DNA from: a virus
Lineage: Duplodnaviria; Caudoviricetes
IMG/VR virus record: IMGVR_UViG_3300023170_000014
Coordinates: 12,391-76,390 of that record
Direction: 5' to 3' (one strand)
Length of the DNA: 64,000 nucleotides
Both the position numbers and the translations under genes were made by a program. The notes below the pieces were generated by a model. It worked only from the letters and a program-made list of their open reading frames with translations. It searched no databases and was not told the DNA's origin. Positions 38,545 through 47,428 of this stretch are shown piece after piece (the first letter of the stretch is position 1; the number at the start of each line of letters is the position of its first letter).

Positions 38545-41500
38545 ATGGCATATTTAGAATATGGATTAGTCTCAGATGGTAGTGGAACTGTAGAATTATT
38601 TTCTGATCCTTCTTATACAGTTAGAGCATGTAATCTTTTTATAAAAGAAGTTTCAATTTCTAACTATGATCAGCAGTACCATACTTATTACCAACAAAAA
38701 GTAGATGGAAAATGGGCAATTAGTAACGAATATTATTTTACTAATGGGTCTGTCCCAACAATAGGAACTGTTTTAACAAAAAACCAAGAAAATTGGGTGT
38801 ATGCTGGAATAAATCAGGGAACTTTAAATGACTATACTCAGTTTATAGCAAACTCTCAAAATCAATTTCAATTAGAAACTGGAGTCCCTATCAATAATAA
38901 TGCTAATGGAAATTATGACGACGGAATTGCTGTTCCAGTTAATGGAACAGTTGAGTTTGAAACTATTTATGATGATAATTTATTAGAAGGTTCTTTTAGT
39001 ACAGGAACTCATTACCTTCAAATGGCATTATGGGACTTACCGGGTACAGCAGATCCTACAACAATAGACTTAAGCGCTAGTACTGTCACTTTTAGTTCTT
39101 CTTTAAATCTAGACCCTGCAAATACTGTTACAATACCATTTGATTCAAGCGAATTAGAGATACCAATAATTGACGCTGGGACCGCAGACCATTTATGGAA
39201 AATTAATAGAAATGTTTTGACAAATCAATCAATTCCTGATTCTGGAGTCGTTGATCTTTCATCTTTAAAAAGAATTAAATTTAATATAGTTAGCAATGGT
39301 GGGTCTTTTGTATTTAGAACTGGTCAACTAAAAATGGTTCCAACCACATATTCACACTCTTATGCTAATGTAAATAATAAAACTGGAGTTTTGAGTAGAG
39401 AAACTTGGCCCACTGTATCTCAAAATGATATGCCTGTTTTAATACAAAATGGTTTAAAAGTTAAAGATTTTACATATGTTGCAAAAATTAGTTTGCAGAC
39501 TGCGCCGAGTTCTGGAACAACAGAATTTTCCATGTTTGGGAGAGTAAATCCTGATTTTATTTTTGGAACAGCGGCTATTAGTGGTGGTAGTGTTACTTAT
39601 CCAAGTACCAGCGGTGTATATCCCGGGACTGCTTTTTATCCTACGATTGCAGCAGACGCTAATTCATATTTACGTTCTAAATTGTTAATTACATCAAATA
39701 ATATAGAAATTAAAATGTATGAAGACCATTTAGGTAATTTAGATAATGAAGTTTTTAATATTATCCACGACGAACCCATAACGCAAGGAGATTATTTTTT
39801 TGTAACAAACTTTGTTGGAAATAAATGGGAATCAATATTATTTTCAAGTGAAGATGGCTCTGGTTTTGTAAAAGAAAGAATTATTGAAACAGGAAAACAA
39901 AATATTTCTAATCCTTGGCTTAGAGGCAAAGTCTTAGATATAGATTTAGATGATTATGGTAAAGGGTATGCAGGATATCAATTTAAACCTTCTGAAGTAG
40001 GTGGATTTAATGTAGATTACATTTATTCAAAAGAAGCAGTTCTTGCAGAATATGAATCTAAAACTTTTAATTCTTATAGTCCTGTAAAAGCAGTCAGTTT
40101 ATTTTCAAGTTCTGTTCCAGATATTGAATTACTATCTGGAAATATTGAAGATTTTGAAAGAGTACAAAATACTAACAATTTTAATTTTTCAGGAAAAACA
40201 GAATGCGGCTTTATTGCAAATCCACAAAATGCAGATATTGATGATGTTGTTGTAGAAGAAGATACAAATATATTTTATAGATCAAAATCTCTTAAAATTA
40301 TTAAAAAAGAAGATGCAAAAATTGCTGCTGTTCAATATAAGTCAAAATTAAAAATTAATGATTTTTCAAAACTTATATTTAAAACAAAAATAAGATTTAA
40401 TGATTTATTAAATGTTGGAGATTTTAGAATTGTATTTTGGAACGAAAATAAAACAAGAGTTCTTTATCTTCAAGATTTGCCCGATCTTGTACCAAACGAA
40501 TGGAATGAAGTTGATATTCCATTATCAACTAATGTGCTTTATAATAATCAATTTGTTTTAGAAATTGGTCATTATGGAGAAATAGAACCTATCCCACCCA
40601 TTACAGATCCCTATGGATATTTTTGGATTGAAGATGTTCAACTAACGCTAGAGGCAGTAGAATGGGAAGCATCAAATAACGACGGAAGAACTTATGTTCC
40701 ATTTTTAGATGCAATCAATGGAGAATACAAATCTATCAATTTTGCATCTCAAAATTACTATACATCAATCATTAATAAAAATCCTTATATACTTTGGGAA
40801 TTTAATACAGGGGATGCTGGATATGTGCTGCCAAAAGACGACGTTAGTTATACGGTTGGAGAATTTATAACAACAAGTATTGGTAGCCTAAATGACTATC
40901 TTGTGAATACTCCCGGCTGGTTATCTCCAACAGGAGAGTCAATTGCAATTTCTGGAGTAGGTTCTGTTGGAGCAAATGATTATTATATTCCTGAAAGTGT
41001 TAAAAAGTTTAAAAATAACAAAGCAATTGCAATTTATGGAGGTACTGAAAGTTATTTAGAAACAAGAGGAACTGTAACTTTAGGAGAAATATTTGGAATT
41101 GGAGTGGGTTCTGCAACAAATATAACTGGTTCAATAAGATTTTATACAGACACAATTAATAATGATATTACAATTCTTTCTTGTCAAGATGCTCTTGCTT
41201 CTGATACAAATAGTTGGTCTTTCTCAATTCAAAATACAAACAATTTAGTCTTTACTTCTAATAATGTAGGAACAGTAACTGCAACTGTTCCTACTTGGAA
41301 CGATCAAAATTGGCATACAGCATGTTTTACATATGACTATCACGGAAGTATTTTAACTTTATACTGGGATGGAGATTTGATCGCTAATGAAAACTTGTCA
41401 TCAGATCTAATTTTTGATTATAAATTAAAAATACCGGGACCAACAGCAACTATTCCTCATAATACTTTTAATAGTTTTAATCCAGACTACCCGTTTATAT

Positions 41501-41796
41501 TCATAGATAATATCTCTATCCATCAAGAAGTTCTTGATCAAAATGAAATAAATAAGGATTATATTGCAGCAATTTCTGAATATAATAAATTAAAAGTTAG
41601 AGCAAGAGCATACACAACAAACGCTTGGATATATGGATATGAAATAATTCCTCATTATGCAAAGATGGGGAGATTAAGAGAATTGTCTAGCAGATCAATT
41701 ACTGTTGACGATTCTTTTTCAGCAACAGAAGATACAAATCAAGGAATTATATTCGATCAGGCTATATTTGATGAGTCTACTTTTGGTAATGATTAG
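38545..41796 (+). CDS. large baseplate/tail protein with LamG-like domain
   Basis: NDQNWHTACFTYD...LTLYWDG...IDNISI concanavalin/LamG pattern. Confidence 0.65.
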   Translation: MAYLEYGLVSDGSGTVELFSDPSYTVRACNLFIKEVSISNYDQQYHTYYQQKVDGKWAISNEYYFTNGSVPTIGTVLTKNQENWVYAGINQGTLNDYTQFIANSQNQFQLETGVPINNNANGNYDDGIAVPVNGTVEFETIYDDNLLEGSFSTGTHYLQMALWDLPGTADPTTIDLSASTVTFSSSLNLDPANTVTIPFDSSELEIPIIDAGTADHLWKINRNVLTNQSIPDSGVVDLSSLKRIKFNIVSNGGSFVFRTGQLKMVPTTYSHSYANVNNKTGVLSRETWPTVSQNDMPVLIQNGLKVKDFTYVAKISLQTAPSSGTTEFSMFGRVNPDFIFGTAAISGGSVTYPSTSGVYPGTAFYPTIAADANSYLRSKLLITSNNIEIKMYEDHLGNLDNEVFNIIHDEPITQGDYFFVTNFVGNKWESILFSSEDGSGFVKERIIETGKQNISNPWLRGKVLDIDLDDYGKGYAGYQFKPSEVGGFNVDYIYSKEAVLAEYESKTFNSYSPVKAVSLFSSSVPDIELLSGNIEDFERVQNTNNFNFSGKTECGFIANPQNADIDDVVVEEDTNIFYRSKSLKIIKKEDAKIAAVQYKSKLKINDFSKLIFKTKIRFNDLLNVGDFRIVFWNENKTRVLYLQDLPDLVPNEWNEVDIPLSTNVLYNNQFVLEIGHYGEIEPIPPITDPYGYFWIEDVQLTLEAVEWEASNNDGRTYVPFLDAINGEYKSINFASQNYYTSIINKNPYILWEFNTGDAGYVLPKDDVSYTVGEFITTSIGSLNDYLVNTPGWLSPTGESIAISGVGSVGANDYYIPESVKKFKNNKAIAIYGGTESYLETRGTVTLGEIFGIGVGSATNITGSIRFYTDTINNDITILSCQDALASDTNSWSFSIQNTNNLVFTSNNVGTVTATVPTWNDQNWHTACFTYDYHGSILTLYWDGDLIANENLSSDLIFDYKLKIPGPTATIPHNTFNSFNPDYPFIFIDNISIHQEVLDQNEINKDYIAAISEYNKLKVRARAYTTNAWIYGYEIIPHYAKMGRLRELSSRSITVDDSFSATEDTNQGIIFDQAIFDESTFGND

Positions 41797-41817
41797 GATA
41801 AATATTAAGGAACAAAA

Positions 41818-42414
41818 ATGAGTTACACAACACCATCTACTGCCGTTGGTAACGGAACTTTAACCGTTACAATGTGGAATACAGAAGTAAGAGACAATTT
41901 AAACCATTTAAATAGTTACGCTAACCCAGTAGGAGCCGTTTTACCTTATGCGGGAACTTCTGCCCCTAGTGGATACTTATTGTGCGATGGAGCATCTATC
42001 GGTACAGCAGATTACCCAGATTTATTCGCAGTTGTTCAATACAATTATGGTGGTAGTGGTACTGCCTTTAATGTTCCAGATCTTTCTACTCGTATGCCTA
42101 TCGGTACGGGAAATGGAAGGTCAGAAGGAGATGCTGGAGGAACAGAAAATGTTACTCTTGATGTAACACAAATACCTTCTCACTCTCACGTTGCAACAGA
42201 TTCTGGTCACACTCATACATACCCAACAAGTGCTGGTGGTGATAGTTTAGGTGGTGGTGATACTGGAGCATTTGATGTTGCCACTTATGGAGCAAACGGG
42301 TCGCTAACAACAAATACTGGATACGCAAATGTGACAATTAATAATACTGGTGGGGGATCTTCTCACACAAATATGCCACCCTATCTAGTAATGAATTATA
42401 TTATTAAAACATGA
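41818..42414 (+). CDS. tail-collar domain fibre protein
   Basis: PVGAVLPYAG..APSGYLLCDG...YPDLFAV...FNVPDL; HTNMPPYLVMNYIIKT. Confidence 0.85.
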   Translation: MSYTTPSTAVGNGTLTVTMWNTEVRDNLNHLNSYANPVGAVLPYAGTSAPSGYLLCDGASIGTADYPDLFAVVQYNYGGSGTAFNVPDLSTRMPIGTGNGRSEGDAGGTENVTLDVTQIPSHSHVATDSGHTHTYPTSAGGDSLGGGDTGAFDVATYGANGSLTTNTGYANVTINNTGGGSSHTNMPPYLVMNYIIKT

Positions 42415-42420
42415 TATAAT
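42412..42420 (+). promoter_or_regulatory. extended -10 promoter, probably leaderless
   Basis: TGATATAAT; the GTG at 42427 begins 7 nt after the hexamer, with no RBS. Confidence 0.55.
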
Positions 42421-42426
42421 GTAATA

Positions 42427-42897
42427 GTGATTATTAAATATGGTTCTTTTCAAGAAATAGAAGAACAAATACTTAGTATAGAAGATAAAAAAGGTATTTA
42501 TCTTATTGAACCAAAGGGTAAGGGCAACTTACTCATCTCTTCTTTTGCTAATAACCAAACAGAAGAAATACGAGCAGATATGCTTGAGGACTTTCTAAAA
42601 GACAAAGAAGGAACTCATGCATTTTTTATTGGAGTTCGTCCCCCACGCTGTATTAAGAAGGAACTATCTGATCGTTATAATGTTAAAGAGGCAATAGAAT
42701 GGTGTAAAAAAATTATGCATCTATCTATTGGAAACCCCTCTTACGACCAGATAGATTTTTCTTTAGAGAATATTTTAGCCATAATGAGAGAGGTAGAGGA
42801 AGAATCAGAGCAAACTCTTGAACTTCTTATAGCGAAAGAAGATCCCCAACTGGATATAGATCTTTCTGATCAGGATCTTTCTGATAACCCATTCTAG
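42427..42897 (+). CDS. hypothetical protein
   Basis: 156 aa ORF with its own promoter. Confidence 0.6.
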   Translation: MIIKYGSFQEIEEQILSIEDKKGIYLIEPKGKGNLLISSFANNQTEEIRADMLEDFLKDKEGTHAFFIGVRPPRCIKKELSDRYNVKEAIEWCKKIMHLSIGNPSYDQIDFSLENILAIMREVEEESEQTLELLIAKEDPQLDIDLSDQDLSDNPF

Positions 42898-43075
42898 ACA
42901 AACTTTTAATGGCGGTCTTTTTTGATGAAAAATTATGCGTGTTGCCAATTTTTACCCATCCGAGGGGTGAGCGTTGGTAAAAATCAAATGCAAATTCTTT
43001 AAACATTGTGCGCTCTTCTTCATGGACTCTATATAAAAGAGCCACACTTTCATTATCTCTAATCCATACTTCCAT
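42827..43075 (-). CDS. hypothetical protein
   Basis: 82 aa ORF with upstream AAGGA; overlaps convergently with the 3' end of 42427. Confidence 0.45.
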   Translation of the reverse strand: MEVWIRDNESVALLYRVHEEERTMFKEFAFDFYQRSPLGWVKIGNTHNFSSKKTAIKSLSRMGYQKDPDQKDLYPVGDLLSL

Positions 43076-43167
43076 TATTCATCCTTTCCTTTATGTATTA
43101 TAGCAGCAGCACCATACAGTATGTCAAGCAAAGCGGCGCTATAAATAATAATAAACTGTCCTATCAT
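43075..43167 (-). CDS. small hydrophobic peptide (30 aa)
   Basis: MIGQFIIIYSAALLDILYGAAAIIHKGKDE after AAGGAG; 3' part of track ORF 43075..43392. Confidence 0.35.
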   Translation of the reverse strand: MIGQFIIIYSAALLDILYGAAAIIHKGKDE

Positions 43168-43224
43168 CTTCTTATATACTACTCCTTTCTTATATAGTAA
43201 GTTTGCAATTAGTGTTACTAACCC

Positions 43225-43254
43225 AAAAATAAAGGCCCGCTTTATGCGGGCCTT
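43225..43254 (-). terminator. intrinsic terminator downstream of tRNA-Met/tmRNA
   Basis: AAGGCCCGC-ATAAA-GCGGGCCTT then TATTTTT on the - strand. Confidence 0.75.
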
Positions 43255-43282
43255 CTTAATTTTATTTTTGTTATGTAACATA

Positions 43283-43355
43283 TAGCGGGGGAAGGATTCG
43301 AACCTTCGATCTTCGACGCATGAAGCCGACGAGATAACCACTTCTCCACCCCGCG
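43283..43355 (-). tRNA. tRNA-Met(CAU), initiator-like
   Basis: Cloverleaf CGCGGGG...TCGGC TTCATGC GTCGA...GGTTCGAATCC; C1/U72 mismatch, A11-U24; no CCA. Confidence 0.85.
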
Positions 43356-43360
43356 TTGTA

Positions 43361-43642
43361 TGGAGATGACCGGCTCTGCCCCGGTGTCCCATATAGTTCC
43401 CTCAAATCAACTTATACAGCATATTATACTACATTGTACTTCGGTTTACTACTGTGCTTAGTAGTTGTAGACTAAGCGGCTACTCCAGCAAATTCCTCTA
43501 CCCATGAGGCGGGGAAAGTGTCTGGAACGATGACTTCATTTAAGTTGCCATTTATGTTTATTTGCTTATCCAAGCAGGAGTTATGAGGTAACTAACCGCT
43601 GATTGATTTGGCTTCTCTATAGGTCGAAACTAATTCATCCCC
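43361..43642 (-). ncRNA. ssrA: tmRNA
   Basis: Acceptor GGGGATG/CATCTCC-A with G3.U70; 5' ...GTTTCGAC; ATAAAT then tag ORF GNLNEVIVPDTFPASWVEEFAGVAA-stop (43549..43472). Confidence 0.9.
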
Positions 43643-43655
43643 AAGTAACCACTAT

Positions 43656-44750
43656 TTAATTGTTCGTTTTTTCTTCTTTTTCTAGTTTAGCATATTTCAT
43701 TGCTTGTCCAATAACTTGATGCATATCATAGTATTTATAGTTGCCAAGCCTACCTCCAAAAATAACTTTTGGTGCTTTTACTTTAGCCATTTTTCTATAT
43801 TCATTATATAGATCGTTGTTTTTCTTATCGTTTATTGGGTAATAAGGTTCGCCAAACTTTGTAGGAAATTCTCTAGTAATGATTGTTTTGTCTGTTTTTA
43901 GTCCGGGGTAGAAATGCTTATGCTCAACAATTCTCGTATGAGGAATAAACTTTTCTGTATAATTTATTTGGGCACAACCTTGATAATATTCAGACTCATA
44001 AACTTCATTTACAAGATCTAATGAACGATATTCAAGTTTACCCAGTTCATAATCAAAAAACTCATCAATTGGTCCTGTGTAAACGACTTTATGAGCCAAT
44101 TCTTTAAGATGATGAGCATATGGCATATTTGTTAGATATGGAATATCTTTAAGAATATTAGATATCATATCTGTATATCCGTTTACTGGGATACCCTGAT
44201 AAGTATCATTAAAATAGTTATCATCAAAAGTCATACGAATAGGAAGACGTTTAATAATATCTGCTGGCAACTCTGACGGAGGTTTGCCCCACTGCTTCTC
44301 TGTATAGCCTTTAATAAGCGTTTTATAAACTTCTGGACCTACTTGTGATATTGCCCAAGTTTCTAAATTAGATTGTTTGTTTGGTAGTTCGTTCCATTGT
44401 TCAATCCAACCTTGCAATTGTTTAATACTAGAAGCATTAGCAATTTCATTAAATGTTTTTAAATTGAAAGGTAAAGTATAAAATTTTCTTTTATAGAATG
44501 CCTTAACCCTATGAGTATAATTATTAAACTCTGCATATTTATTTACAAAATCCCAAATATCTTGATTTGATGTATGAAAAATATGAGGACCATATTTATG
44601 AACATGAATGCCCTCATGCTTTTCTGTATATACGTTGCCGCCAATATGCTCTCGCTTATCAATTACTAAACAACTTTTTCCAGAATCGGTCATGATGCGA
44701 GCAAACGTTGCTCCAAATAATCCTGCTCCAACCACTAGATAGTCATACAT
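43656..44750 (-). CDS. glf: UDP-galactopyranose mutase
   Basis: VVGAGLFGA, HIGGN, HKYGPHIFHTS, GYTEKQWG, YQGIP, EPYYP, GRLGNYKYYDMHQ. Confidence 0.95.
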   Translation of the reverse strand: MYDYLVVGAGLFGATFARIMTDSGKSCLVIDKREHIGGNVYTEKHEGIHVHKYGPHIFHTSNQDIWDFVNKYAEFNNYTHRVKAFYKRKFYTLPFNLKTFNEIANASSIKQLQGWIEQWNELPNKQSNLETWAISQVGPEVYKTLIKGYTEKQWGKPPSELPADIIKRLPIRMTFDDNYFNDTYQGIPVNGYTDMISNILKDIPYLTNMPYAHHLKELAHKVVYTGPIDEFFDYELGKLEYRSLDLVNEVYESEYYQGCAQINYTEKFIPHTRIVEHKHFYPGLKTDKTIITREFPTKFGEPYYPINDKKNNDLYNEYRKMAKVKAPKVIFGGRLGNYKYYDMHQVIGQAMKYAKLEKEEKTNN

Positions 44751-45179
44751 CTAATTATTACTCCAATCTTCTGCCGTGCGAGCCTTAATCATCTTGATAT
44801 CAGGAAAACCATGCCTAAAATCAATCTCGCCATATTCATCATTACTTACAGAATAATAGACCTTACGAATACCCGCATCGTAAAGGTGGGCCATACAAGA
44901 CTTACAGGGCTTGCTATTAGTGCGATTCTTACTCTTGGCAGATAGAGTTACAAGAAAACAATCTGCTCCTTCAAGGAACTTAGGGTTAGCCCTCCAAAGG
45001 GCATGAATCTCTGCATGAATAGAAATATAACTCTGCAACTTAAGATCGGACATATGCGCCCATCCGGTACTAATCTCTCCATCTCTATGGATAAGGGCAC
45101 CGACCTGAAAGCGCTTAAGTGTAGAGCGCTCTGCCATATTCTCAGTTACAGCAAGAAACTCTTCAATCTTATTAGCCAT
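44751..45179 (-). CDS. cytidine/dCMP deaminase-family protein
   Basis: QVGALI, HAE, PCKSC zinc motif, GIRKVYYS. Confidence 0.85.
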   Translation of the reverse strand: MANKIEEFLAVTENMAERSTLKRFQVGALIHRDGEISTGWAHMSDLKLQSYISIHAEIHALWRANPKFLEGADCFLVTLSAKSKNRTNSKPCKSCMAHLYDAGIRKVYYSVSNDEYGEIDFRHGFPDIKMIKARTAEDWSNN

Positions 45180-45182
45180 TAA

Positions 45183-45275
45183 TTACTCCTTATCTGGAAG
45201 TTTTTCTACCCACCAGTCGCAAGCCGATGGAGCCGCATCCAGCCGTGCGCGTATCTCTGCGAGGCGGTCACTCAT
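45183..45275 (-). CDS. 30-aa Ead/Ea22-like N-terminal fragment
   Basis: MSDRLAEIRARLDAAPSACDWWVEKLPDKE; AAGGA RBS; locally GC-rich. Confidence 0.45.
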   Translation of the reverse strand: MSDRLAEIRARLDAAPSACDWWVEKLPDKE

Positions 45276-45433
45276 ACTGTTTCCTTTAGCAGACGTTCAA
45301 GTTCATTCAACAACCATTCAATATCGCTTTGCATCTTATCTCGCAACTGCGCGTCTAGATCTGCACTCAACCCTGCTGGATAATAATTAGCCTGTGCCAA
45401 TGTAGTGCGAATTTCTTTAATTCGATAACTCAT
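45272..45433 (-). CDS. small hypothetical protein (53 aa)
   Basis: MSYRIKEIR...DIEWLLNELERLLKETV; GGAGG RBS; ATGA overlap with the next ORF. Confidence 0.55.
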   Translation of the reverse strand: MSYRIKEIRTTLAQANYYPAGLSADLDAQLRDKMQSDIEWLLNELERLLKETV

Positions 45434-45435
45434 TA

Positions 45436-45963
45436 TCAACCTCCAAACTGCTGAATATAAGAATACATTGCGATACCGCTAGCCACTCCAACATTAAGAG
45501 AGCGGGTAGATCCAAACTGAGGAATATAAACAACGTCGTCAGCAAGATCCATAGCCTTGTCGGTAACTCCAATGCTTTCCTGCCCAAAAACCATAATAGT
45601 CTTTTCGTTCCAATCATACTCACGGATATCCTGTGCATTATTGTAGTTTTCAAATACTACCACACGATAGTCAGGATGAGCATCTACCGTATTCTGTAGA
45701 GATGCACCAAACTTAAGATGCTCATAGTGATGAGTACCGACAGCACCGCGACGGTCCCACCTTCGACGCCCAAGAATCCATACTTCTTTTCCAGTAAAAG
45801 CATTACAATTACGAATGGTAGTGGAAATATTAAAATCCTTGTCAAAGTTTTCGATTGCAACAACAAACGGAAACCTCACCTTATCTAAAGATGCCTTAAT
45901 AGCATCCTCATTCCAATACTTATAGTAATCAATAACATTACGGCTGTCAGTGGCTGTATTCAA
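45436..45963 (-). CDS. TrmH/SpoU-family RNA 2'-O-methyltransferase
   Basis: NISTTIRNCNAF, VFGQESIGV, YIPQFGSTRSLNVGVASGIAMY (SPOUT motifs). Confidence 0.9.
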   Translation of the reverse strand: MNTATDSRNVIDYYKYWNEDAIKASLDKVRFPFVVAIENFDKDFNISTTIRNCNAFTGKEVWILGRRRWDRRGAVGTHHYEHLKFGASLQNTVDAHPDYRVVVFENYNNAQDIREYDWNEKTIMVFGQESIGVTDKAMDLADDVVYIPQFGSTRSLNVGVASGIAMYSYIQQFGG

Positions 45964-45983
45964 ATTACAGTCCTTTCTCTATA

Positions 45984-46148
45984 TTATTTTAATAATGGAG
46001 AGTTATCATATAACGGTCCATGCTCATCTTGAACTATAGCATAAGCATGAAAAATGTCTATGTTATAGATATCACATATAACTTCAATTGAAGATATCAT
46101 ATTATCAGGATATTTTTCTATTGCATATAATATTTGTTGATTAGTCAT
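45984..46148 (-). CDS. small hypothetical protein (54 aa)
   Basis: MTNQQILYAIEKYPDN...NSPLLK fills the gap between tRNA-Lys and the methylase. Confidence 0.35.
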   Translation of the reverse strand: MTNQQILYAIEKYPDNMISSIEVICDIYNIDIFHAYAIVQDEHGPLYDNSPLLK

Positions 46149-46150
46149 AG

Positions 46151-46222
46151 TGGCCCCACTAGGATTCGAACCTAGACCTGAAGGATTAAAAGTCCCCTAC
46201 GCTGCCATTACGCCATAGAGCC
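46151..46222 (-). tRNA. tRNA-Lys(UUU)
   Basis: Cloverleaf; anticodon loop CTTTTAA; GGTTCGAATCC; no CCA. Confidence 0.9.
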
Positions 46223-46227
46223 ATATA

Positions 46228-46314
46228 TTAATCTTTAAGTCCCCAATATAAAAACCATAAGAATATTATAACAAGGACTACAAAGAAAAACCAGTCATAC
46301 CACTGCCAATTCAA
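46228..46314 (-). CDS. small membrane peptide (28 aa)
   Basis: TTG start; NWQWYDWFFFVVLVIIFLWFLYWGLKD. Confidence 0.3.
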   Translation of the reverse strand: MNWQWYDWFFFVVLVIIFLWFLYWGLKD

Positions 46315-46539
46315 TTAGTTTTCTTTCTGTTTCCATCTTTTATAGTTTATCACATAAATCGTTATGTATCCAACGGTGAGTAAGATAAATCCGTATTGTT
46401 TAGTCATTATACCATAAAAAGTCCAAAGGATTTCTAGGCAACCTAAATAAATCCAAGCCCAAAGTCGGTATTTCCCTACATTCCACATTCCAATTAAACT
46501 GAGTACTGCAAGCACCCAAGAAAGTATATAGATATTCAT
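46315..46539 (-). CDS. small three-TM membrane protein (PnuC-like half)
   Basis: SLIGMWNVGKYRLWAW...LWTFYG...QYGFI...INYKRW pattern. Confidence 0.6.
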   Translation of the reverse strand: MNIYILSWVLAVLSLIGMWNVGKYRLWAWIYLGCLEILWTFYGIMTKQYGFILLTVGYITIYVINYKRWKQKEN

Positions 46540-46585
46540 AATATTATCCTCTATTACTTATGCTTAGTAATAAAAGATAAATAAA

Positions 46586-46656
46586 ATCCGGGACTAGGAT
46601 TCGAACCTAGATTAGAAGGTCCAAAGCCTTCTGTCCTACCATTAGACGATCCCGGA
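46586..46656 (-). tRNA. tRNA-Gln(UUG)
   Basis: U1-A72; anticodon loop CTTTGGA; no CCA. Confidence 0.9.
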
Positions 46657-46663
46657 GTAAAAC

Positions 46664-46831
46664 TTATTCAGTAACTTGTACTTCTTCTTGTTTAGTGGGT
46701 CGCAACCCAGCCTTTTTAATATTTTTATGCTCTTCTAGCATTTCTTGATGCTTTCGTTGACGTTCAACTTTATTTATTAACGCCCACATTTGATCACGTT
46801 GTCTACGCCACCGATGCTTTGCTCTTGCCAT
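46664..46831 (-). CDS. small basic hypothetical protein
   Basis: AGGAGG RBS before MARAKHRW (track start 46864). Confidence 0.55.
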   Translation of the reverse strand: MARAKHRWRRQRDQMWALINKVERQRKHQEMLEEHKNIKKAGLRPTKQEEVQVTE

Positions 46832-46856
46832 TATTCCTCCTATTTTTAAATAGTGA

Positions 46857-46929
46857 TAGCGCATAGGGGGTTCGAACCCCTGTTGCGGGAATGAAAGTCC
46901 CGAGTCCTAGACCACTAGACGAATGCGCC
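46857..46929 (-). tRNA. tRNA-Glu(UUC)
   Basis: Anticodon loop CTTTCAT; GGTTCGAACCC; no CCA. Confidence 0.9.
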
Positions 46930-46940
46930 CTATAAGTTTG

Positions 46941-46949
46941 ATTATATCA
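46941..46949 (-). promoter_or_regulatory. extended -10 promoter for tRNA-Glu and downstream genes
   Basis: TGATATAAT 11 nt upstream of the tRNA 5' end. Confidence 0.55.
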
Positions 46950-46964
46950 AAACCAAAATAGTTT

Positions 46965-47171
46965 TTATAGTTCTAAGTTTGGATCTTTTAAAGCATTTTG
47001 TAATCTTATCCATGCTTTTTCTTCTGCTTCTAGGTATGATTCAGCAGAAAAATAATTTTTATAAGTTTTACTTATATGAATGTAGTCAGATTTAGCCCTT
47101 TGGAACTCATCAAACGGATCATCCATTGGTCTATAATCTATATCATTAGTCATTGTTTCTTCTTCAACCAT
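46965..47171 (-). CDS. hypothetical protein
   Basis: 68 aa ORF between tRNAs with upstream AAGGA. Confidence 0.55.
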   Translation of the reverse strand: MVEEETMTNDIDYRPMDDPFDEFQRAKSDYIHISKTYKNYFSAESYLEAEEKAWIRLQNALKDPNLEL

Positions 47172-47231
47172 AGTCGCAATCCTTTGTTATTAGTTTCCGT
47201 AATAGAAAATAATTATGCACTATTTTTTTAG

Positions 47232-47314
47232 TAGGGGCGGTGGGAGTCGAACCCACAAACCTTACAGGTTAAGGATTTTAAGTCCTCTGCGTATGCCAAT
47301 TCCGCCACGCCCCC
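47232..47314 (-). tRNA. tRNA-Leu(UAA)
   Basis: Long variable arm; loop CTTAAAA; no CCA. Confidence 0.9.
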
Positions 47315-47355
47315 TTATTTCTTTTTGTCATGTATGCTCATATTAGTTCTTTTCA

Positions 47356-47427
47356 TCGGCCCACTGGGAATCGAACCCAGATTACGACTTTATAAGAGTC
47401 GCGTCCTAACCGTTGAACGATGGGCCA
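47356..47427 (-). tRNA. tRNA-Ile(UAU)
   Basis: CGACT CTTATAA AGTCG anticodon arm; GGTTCGATTCC; A73; no CCA. Confidence 0.85.
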
Positions 47428-47428
47428 G

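Noticed and set aside
43168-43392. 5' part of track ORF 43075..43392
   Set aside because: Runs through the tmRNA 3' end, tRNA-Met and a terminator; only the last 30 codons have an RBS
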